This document shows positions 58,550-64,000 of a stretch of DNA of 64,000 bases, piece after piece. Position numbers and translations under genes: made by a program. The first letter of the stretch is position 1, and every line of letters begins with the position of its first letter. The DNA is from Polyangia bacterium (GTDB lineage Bacteria; Myxococcota_A; Polyangia; Fen-1088): NCBI GenBank assembly GCA_036268875.1, contig DATATI010000091.1, positions 13,513 through 77,512 of the forward strand. Direction: 5' to 3'. The notes beneath the pieces were generated by a model. It saw only the letters and a program-made list of their open reading frames with translations. It was not told the DNA's origin and did not search any database.

Positions 58550-59905
58550 ATGCGCGTCTCCAGCCTCCTGCGCCCGGACCTGGAAGAGACGCTGCGCACG
58601 AACCCGGCCCACGTCGCCGCGTTAGCCGACGAGCTGCATGCCTCCGATCTGGCCGAGCTGATCGAACAGCTGGCGGACGAGCAGGCCGGACTGATGCTGG
58701 CGGCGCTGCCGGTTCCGCAGGCGGCGGCCACGCTGGATGTGATGGACCACGCGCGCCGCCAGCAGCTTGTGCCGCTTTTGGACAAGGCGCTGGCCGCGCG
58801 CATCGCCGACGCCATGTCGGCCGACGAACGCGCCGATCTGTTTCAGGCTCTGCCCGAAGAGCTGCAGGCCGACTTGCTCGGACGCCTGCCCAATGCGGCG
58901 TCGAAAGATGTCCGCGAGCTGATCCGTTATCCCGAGACGTCCGCCGGCGGTCTGATGACCACCGACTATGTCGCGTTGGATCCGCAGATGACCGTCGAAC
59001 GCGCCATCGACGAGGTCCGGCGCACCGCCGCGCAGAAGGAGACCATCTACGAAGCCTACGCCGTCGATCCCAACGACACGCTGCTGGGCGCGGTGTCGTT
59101 GCGTGATCTGGTGCTGGCGCGCGCCGGCCAGCCCATCTCGGCGGTGATGAACCCGGACGTCATCTCGGTGCCGCCGGAGATGGATCAGGAAGAAGTGGCC
59201 CGCCTGTTCGAGCACTACAACATGCTGGCGCTGCCGGTGGCGGACGCCACGCGCAAGCTGCTGGGCATCGTCACCGTCGACGACGTGGTGACGGTGATGA
59301 AAGAAGAGCAGGCCGAGGACATCCAGAAGCTGGGTGCCGTCGCGCCAACCGAGGAGCCGTACTTCAAGACCGAGTTCTGGACCTTCGTGCGCAAGCGGGC
59401 CGGCTGGCTGATCGCCATCTTCATGGGCGAGATCCTCACCGCCAGCGTGCTGGAACACTATGAAGGGGCGCGCAAGGCCTTCTCGGCCATCGAGGTGTTC
59501 GTCCCGCTGATCATTTCGTCGGGCGGCAACACCGGCAGCCAGGCCTCGGCGCTGGTGATTCGCGGCATCGCGCTGGGCGAGTTCGGACCGTGGGACGCCT
59601 TCAGGATCCTGTGGCGCGAGGTGCGGATGGGATTTGTGCTGGGCTTGTTCCTGGGGCTGATCGGTTTCACGCGCGCGCTGGTGGTCGGCCACAGCGGCGG
59701 CGGCGGCATGGCCTCGGCGGTCGGTCTGGCGCTGGTGGCGTGCGTGACGTTCGGGTCGGTCGTCGGCGCCGGGTTGCCGCTGCTGATCAAACGCCTCGGC
59801 CTGGATCCCGCGGTCTCGTCGGGGCCGTTCATCGCGTCGCTGGTCGACGTGTTGGGGATCGTGATCTATTTGAAGATCGCGATTTTTATTCTCGGCAGCA
59901 GCTGA
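58550..59905 (+). CDS. mgtE: Magnesium transporter MgtE
   Basis: MgtE N-domain, CBS pair, TM signature PFIASLVDVLGIVIYLKIA. Confidence 0.9.
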   Translation: MRVSSLLRPDLEETLRTNPAHVAALADELHASDLAELIEQLADEQAGLMLAALPVPQAAATLDVMDHARRQQLVPLLDKALAARIADAMSADERADLFQALPEELQADLLGRLPNAASKDVRELIRYPETSAGGLMTTDYVALDPQMTVERAIDEVRRTAAQKETIYEAYAVDPNDTLLGAVSLRDLVLARAGQPISAVMNPDVISVPPEMDQEEVARLFEHYNMLALPVADATRKLLGIVTVDDVVTVMKEEQAEDIQKLGAVAPTEEPYFKTEFWTFVRKRAGWLIAIFMGEILTASVLEHYEGARKAFSAIEVFVPLIISSGGNTGSQASALVIRGIALGEFGPWDAFRILWREVRMGFVLGLFLGLIGFTRALVVGHSGGGGMASAVGLALVACVTFGSVVGAGLPLLIKRLGLDPAVSSGPFIASLVDVLGIVIYLKIAIFILGSS

Positions 59906-59951
59906 GGCCGCGAGGGAATCTTGTGGCCTGCGCCGGCTACGCCAGATCGGA

Positions 59952-60479
59952 TCAGCGCATGCGCGTGCGGCGCGAATGCTTGCCGCGGCGGCTTTTGTCG
60001 CTGCGGTTACTGGCACCACTGCTGGCGGCTGCCGGATGTTCGCTGCCGTTCATGGCCAGGAAGTCGTCGATGGCATCGTGCTGCTTGGGCGCTTCGGCGT
60101 GAGCGGCCGGCTTCTTCACCGGCAGCTTCACCGACCCGGCGGGCGCCGGTTTCTCGATGTCCATGGTGGGCAGGGTCGATGACGCCGGGGCGGCCACGCC
60201 TTGCGGGCGGACCGGCTTGCGGCTGGGCGCCACCTTCGGCTTGGCGGCCTCATCGCGGCGCGCTTGCTCCTGCAGCGCGGCGATCTTGGCGTGATCGATC
60301 TTCTTGTCGTTGTTGGGACCGACGACCTTGTCTTCCCACTGCAACGTCTTGTGGATGCCGTCGGCACCCACCTCTTTTTCTTTGCTGGAATCCCCGGCCC
60401 GGACAGGCGCCGCGCGCAAGGAAACCAAGAACAAAGTCAGGCTAGCAAGAACCACTGCCGAGACGGACTTCGACCGCAT
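59952..60479 (-). CDS. Secreted Lys-rich hypothetical protein
   Basis: Signal peptide MRSKSVSAVVLASLTLFLVSLRAAPVRA. Confidence 0.5.
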   Translation of the reverse strand: MRSKSVSAVVLASLTLFLVSLRAAPVRAGDSSKEKEVGADGIHKTLQWEDKVVGPNNDKKIDHAKIAALQEQARRDEAAKPKVAPSRKPVRPQGVAAPASSTLPTMDIEKPAPAGSVKLPVKKPAAHAEAPKQHDAIDDFLAMNGSEHPAAASSGASNRSDKSRRGKHSRRTRMR

Positions 60480-60549
60480 GGGGGACCTCCGCGGTGTGAA
60501 GTGACCATTATCACCCACAGAGATCCGGTTTCAACCACAATGTGGCGCC

Positions 60550-61338
60550 CTAACCACCCCCCAGGCGATTAACCAGGTCATTCAGCATGTTTTCGCCCAG
60601 TCCGGCCGGGGTGCAGCCACCATGCGCCGTGCAGACCCGGTCGATGGTCTGATCGGCCAGCTGTTTCTTCAGCGCCCGGATGGACGCCCGATTCTCCTCT
60701 GGATGCGCGTCGAACATCGACGGTGTCGGCTCCAGGCGGCCTTCCTTCAAGAGCATGATGTCGCCCGGGAACAGCACGCCGTCGAACAGGTAGGCGAACG
60801 ATCCGCGGGTGTGTCCGGGAACCGGGATGGCCAGCACCGACTTGCCGCCGCCCACGTCGACGGCGGCTTTTTCCTTCAGCGGATTGGTGATGCGCGGCAG
60901 GGGAGGCGCCGCCAGGACCGCGGTCATCAGCTTGACCAGCAGCCCATCCGGCGATTCCTTGCCCGTGGCCAGGCCGACGTCGCCGGCGCCCAGGTAAGTC
61001 CTGGCGTCCGGAAACTGCAGCGCGCCGGCCACGTGGTCAAAGTGTCCGTGGGTCAGAAAGATGTCCTTCACGTCGGCGTGGCTGGCCTTGAGCTGGGTCA
61101 AGATGGCGTCGACAGGATGCGCGGCCGAGTCGGCGCCGCTGTCGAACAGGATGACGTGGTCACCGACGCGCGCGCCGTAGACGTAAATGCTGCCCATGTG
61201 TTTGGTGGCCACCAGGTTCGGCTTCACCTCGATGACCGGAGCGACCTTGTCGCGTGAATAGCGCAGCCCGATGACGCCGCCACCGACGACCGCGGCCAGC
61301 ACCAGCAGGAAAAACAGAAACCCCTTCAGCTTGCCCAT
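60550..61338 (-). CDS. Membrane-anchored MBL-fold metallo-hydrolase
   Basis: THGHFDHVAG (HxHxDH) motif; N-terminal TM. Confidence 0.8.
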   Translation of the reverse strand: MGKLKGFLFFLLVLAAVVGGGVIGLRYSRDKVAPVIEVKPNLVATKHMGSIYVYGARVGDHVILFDSGADSAAHPVDAILTQLKASHADVKDIFLTHGHFDHVAGALQFPDARTYLGAGDVGLATGKESPDGLLVKLMTAVLAAPPLPRITNPLKEKAAVDVGGGKSVLAIPVPGHTRGSFAYLFDGVLFPGDIMLLKEGRLEPTPSMFDAHPEENRASIRALKKQLADQTIDRVCTAHGGCTPAGLGENMLNDLVNRLGGG

Positions 61339-61372
61339 CTTGGCGGCAGAATCCGTCCTTGTGGCGGCGGAA

Positions 61373-62713
61373 TCAAGCTGTCAGTCGCATCGCCAGCGCG
61401 GCCGCCGCGGCGATGCAATCATTGACGCCGACGCCGAACAAGGTCTGACCAATCAAGTGCAGGTGCGGCTGGCGCGCCAGATCGGCCTCGGCGGCAGCGA
61501 CCAGCGCGGCGTGGCCCGGCCGATACTGCGGCAGGCCGGCTGGGTGGCGCCAGACGCGGACGAAGTCGGGATCGCGGTTGAGGCCGGCCACCCGCCCGAT
61601 GTCATCGACGGCGATGGCGGCGATGGTGTCGTCGCTCTTGTTCACCACGTCGGGGCAGAACGTGCCGCCCAAGATCGCCCGCAATAAAACGGCGCCTTCG
61701 GGGGCGCGGTGCGGGAAGATCGACGTCTCATACTGGCAGCCGAGCAGGTAATCGATGCCTTGCTCGCGCGGGACGATAAAGCCATAGGCAGCGAGATCCA
61801 TTCCCAGCGCCGGCTCTGCGCTGTGAAAGCCGAGCGACACCACCGCGGCCGGCGCGTGCGGCACCGCGCGGAGAGACGCCGCGGCGCGCGGAGCCAGGTC
61901 ATCCAGCAAGGCCGCGCTGGCCGCACCCGAGGCGGCGATCACCACCGCGTCGGCGTCGACGGAAGCGGGACCACCATCGATGGCGATCGACCAGCGATTC
62001 TGGCGTCGTTCGATCGCCCGTGCGCTGCCGGCAATCAGGCGATCGCCGAGGCGGGTGGCGATGGCGCCGGTCAGTTCTTGCAAGCCATCCGGGAACGAGA
62101 CGGTCTTGCCGGCGCCGCCGCCCTGTTTGCGCGCGGCGATGGCCCCGCGCAGGATGCTGCCGGCTTCGCGCTCGAAGCCAGCGATGCGGGGCAGCGCGGC
62201 TTGCACGGCCAGCGTGGCGGCGTCGGCGGCATAAATTCCGATCACCGCCGGCGCCAGCAGGTGTCGCGCCGCTTCCAGGCCGAAACGGCGCGTGCCGAAG
62301 GCCAGCACCGTCTCGTCGGGATCGACGGCCTTCGGCCGCTTGATGAATGGTTCGCGCAGCAGACGCAGCTTGCCGCGCCAGCTGAGCAGCGACGAACGCA
62401 GCAGCGCCGGTGGGCTCAGCGGCAACGGTTGCAGGCGGCCATCGCGATACAGAAACCGCCGCTTGGCCGTCGGCAGCGTGGCCAGCACGCGCGCCGACAA
62501 GCCCAGGTCTTCGATCAACCGCCGCGTGGCCGGCGCGCTGTCCAGCAAGGCCTGCGGTCCGGTCTCGCAGAGAAATCCATCGTGCCGTTCGCTGCGCACC
62601 ACGCCGCCCGGTGGCGTGCCCGGTTCGATGCACGCCACGTCATGGCCGCTGGTGCCGAGGGCGTGGGCGGCGGTCAGGCCCGAGATGCCGCCGCCGATCA
62701 CTGCCACCCGCAC
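61373..62713 (-). CDS. hemY: FAD-dependent protoporphyrinogen/coproporphyrinogen oxidase (HemY family)
   Basis: VAVIGGGISGLTAAHAL dinucleotide fold; in heme operon. Confidence 0.75.
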   Translation of the reverse strand: MRVAVIGGGISGLTAAHALGTSGHDVACIEPGTPPGGVVRSERHDGFLCETGPQALLDSAPATRRLIEDLGLSARVLATLPTAKRRFLYRDGRLQPLPLSPPALLRSSLLSWRGKLRLLREPFIKRPKAVDPDETVLAFGTRRFGLEAARHLLAPAVIGIYAADAATLAVQAALPRIAGFEREAGSILRGAIAARKQGGGAGKTVSFPDGLQELTGAIATRLGDRLIAGSARAIERRQNRWSIAIDGGPASVDADAVVIAASGAASAALLDDLAPRAAASLRAVPHAPAAVVSLGFHSAEPALGMDLAAYGFIVPREQGIDYLLGCQYETSIFPHRAPEGAVLLRAILGGTFCPDVVNKSDDTIAAIAVDDIGRVAGLNRDPDFVRVWRHPAGLPQYRPGHAALVAAAEADLARQPHLHLIGQTLFGVGVNDCIAAAAALAMRLTA

Positions 62714-62725
62714 GCGCGTTTGCTC

Positions 62726-63730
62726 CTAGGCCCAGCCCTGCGCGCGCGCCACGTCGGCGGTCAGCTCGGCCAGCGCGCCGATGAAGGCCGGGTGGCAACC
62801 GACGGTTTTCGCGCGGGCAAAATGGGTGATGCCACGTTTTGTGGCTCGCTCGCGATAGAGGATGTCGATCTCTTGCAGCGTCTCGATGTGTTCGCCGGTG
62901 AAGGCCACCGGCACCACCACCACCGCCCGGTGCCCGTTTGCGGCCAGGGCGTCGAGTGCTTCTTCGGTGTACGGCCCCAGCCACTTTTGGCGGCCGACCC
63001 GGCTTTGAAACGCCAGCTGCGATCGGTTGCCCAGGTTCAACTGCCGGCTGACCGCCGCCACCGTTTTTCTGATCTCGTCCAGATACGGATCGCCGCGCCG
63101 GATGTACGCCTCGGGCAAGCCGTGGGCCGAGAACAGCACCGGCGCCTCGGCACGTGACGTCTCTGGCAGCGTGGCGATGGCGTCGCGCACCCGATCGCAC
63201 AACGCCTCGATGTAACCGGGCGCGTCCGGATAATTGCGCACCGCCGCCAAGGCGATCGAACTTTTCGTCTGGGCCAGCGCCCGCGCCAGCAATGTCATCG
63301 ACGAGCCGGTGGTGGTCTTTGAATAGTGGGGATAAAGCGGCAAGGCGATGGCCCGGGTGATGCCATCGCCGATCATCGCGGCGACCGCCTCTTCCGACAG
63401 CGGATGCCAGCAGGCCATCGCCACGTAGGGACGGGCGGCGATTCCTCGATCGCGTAGCGCGGTCGCCACGGCGGCGATCTGCCGGGCGGTCTCCTCGCCG
63501 ATGGGCGATTTGCCGCCGATCTGTTGATAGGCGGCCCGTGAAAACGGCGCCCGCCGCTTGGCGATCAGCCAGGCCAGCAGCGGCTGCAGCGGTTGCGCCC
63601 AGCCGAGTTGAATCACCTCCGGATCGCCGAACAGCCGGCGCAGGAACGGCTCGACCGCCTCCGGTGAGTCGGGACCGCCCAGGTTCAAAGCGACCACCCC
63701 GATGGGCACTGGGTTCTGGTGCGCGCTCAT
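62726..63730 (-). CDS. hemH: Ferrochelatase
   Basis: PIGVVALNLGGPDSPEAVEPFLRRLFGD; ATGA overlap with hemE. Confidence 0.9.
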   Translation of the reverse strand: MSAHQNPVPIGVVALNLGGPDSPEAVEPFLRRLFGDPEVIQLGWAQPLQPLLAWLIAKRRAPFSRAAYQQIGGKSPIGEETARQIAAVATALRDRGIAARPYVAMACWHPLSEEAVAAMIGDGITRAIALPLYPHYSKTTTGSSMTLLARALAQTKSSIALAAVRNYPDAPGYIEALCDRVRDAIATLPETSRAEAPVLFSAHGLPEAYIRRGDPYLDEIRKTVAAVSRQLNLGNRSQLAFQSRVGRQKWLGPYTEEALDALAANGHRAVVVVPVAFTGEHIETLQEIDILYRERATKRGITHFARAKTVGCHPAFIGALAELTADVARAQGWA

Positions 63731-64000
63731 GCGCCGCGCACGGCGCGCACCAGCGCCTCGACGCTGGCGATCGGCGTTTCCGGCGTGATGCCGTGGCCCA
63801 GGTTGAAGATGTGCCCGCGTCGCCCGCCGCGCCGGACCACGTCCGCGGCGCGCGCTTCGATCTGATCAATCGGGCCCAGTAACACGGCCGGATCGAGGTT
63901 GCCTTGCACCGCTGCCGCGCCGCCCAAACGGGCCCGCGCCTCGTCGAGGGGCAGGCGCCAGTCGACGCCGTAGACATCGGCGCCGATGCGTCCGATGCGA
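63727..64000 (-). CDS. hemE: Uroporphyrinogen decarboxylase, C-terminal part (gene continues past window end)
   Basis: GVDWRLPLDEARARLGGAAAVQGNLDP...NLGHGITPETP. Confidence 0.85.
   Translation of the reverse strand, partial: RIGRIGADVYGVDWRLPLDEARARLGGAAAVQGNLDPAVLLGPIDQIEARAADVVRRGGRRGHIFNLGHGITPETPIASVEALVRAVRGA

Noticed and set aside
58622-60019. 465-aa minus ORF antisense to mgtE
   Set aside because: mgtE unambiguous.
61709-63157. 482-aa plus ORF and 62640..63977 minus ORF over hem genes
   Set aside because: Antisense or alternative-frame shadows of hemY/hemH.

Overview
This 64-kb window is a high-GC (about 70 %) chromosomal segment from a proteobacterium, most likely a Myxococcota relative. 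The lineage guess rests on TSP3/OmpA and cysteine-rich secreted proteins, many Ser/Thr kinases with FHA partners, PEGA and FG-GAP lipoproteins, and a RomR-like regulator. Because of the GC content, the six-frame track contains many long antisense shadow ORFs. I separated real genes from shadows by recognisable motifs and third-codon-position GC content (GC3).

Contents by region:
- **1-9.3 kb:** a receiver-domain gene fragment, a NUDIX hydrolase, and an unusual 7.5x tandem zinc-ribbon repeat protein divergent from the conserved tig-clpP-clpX-(small membrane ORF)-lon proteostasis cluster.
- **9.3-12.2 kb:** a TlpA-like thioredoxin, a rhomboid protease, three tRNA genes (Ser-TGA, Ser-GCT, Arg-ACG) with a secreted-protein gene embedded between them, and a YdjC-family deacetylase.
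- **13-17 kb:** a RomR-like response regulator and valS.
- **17-26.8 kb:** two Ser/Thr-kinase operons (one with a zinc-ribbon membrane protein, one with an FHA protein), a DUF4398 lipoprotein, an OmpA protein with TSP3 repeats, and a putative outer-membrane protein.
- **26.8-38.2 kb (the most interesting region):** four translationally coupled genes. Two are large orphan proteins, followed by a RavA-like MoxR AAA+ ATPase and an amino-methyltransferase. This module starts at a CATG that it shares, divergently, with the FHA/kinase operon. About 4 kb downstream lie a ViaA-like VWA protein coupled to a HEAT/TPR protein. Between the two parts sit a small orphan ORF and a beta-helix lipoprotein.
- **38-64 kb:** a PLD-like protein, several cysteine-rich repeat secreted lipoproteins, an ECF sigma / FecR anti-sigma / TolB-like module, patatin-thiolase-FadB lipid-catabolism genes, a Tad-like fragment (VWA-like + TadE-like) followed by PEGA and FG-GAP lipoproteins, mgtE, an MBL-fold hydrolase, and a hemE-hemH-hemY operon.

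No CRISPR arrays, integrases, transposases or rRNA genes were seen.
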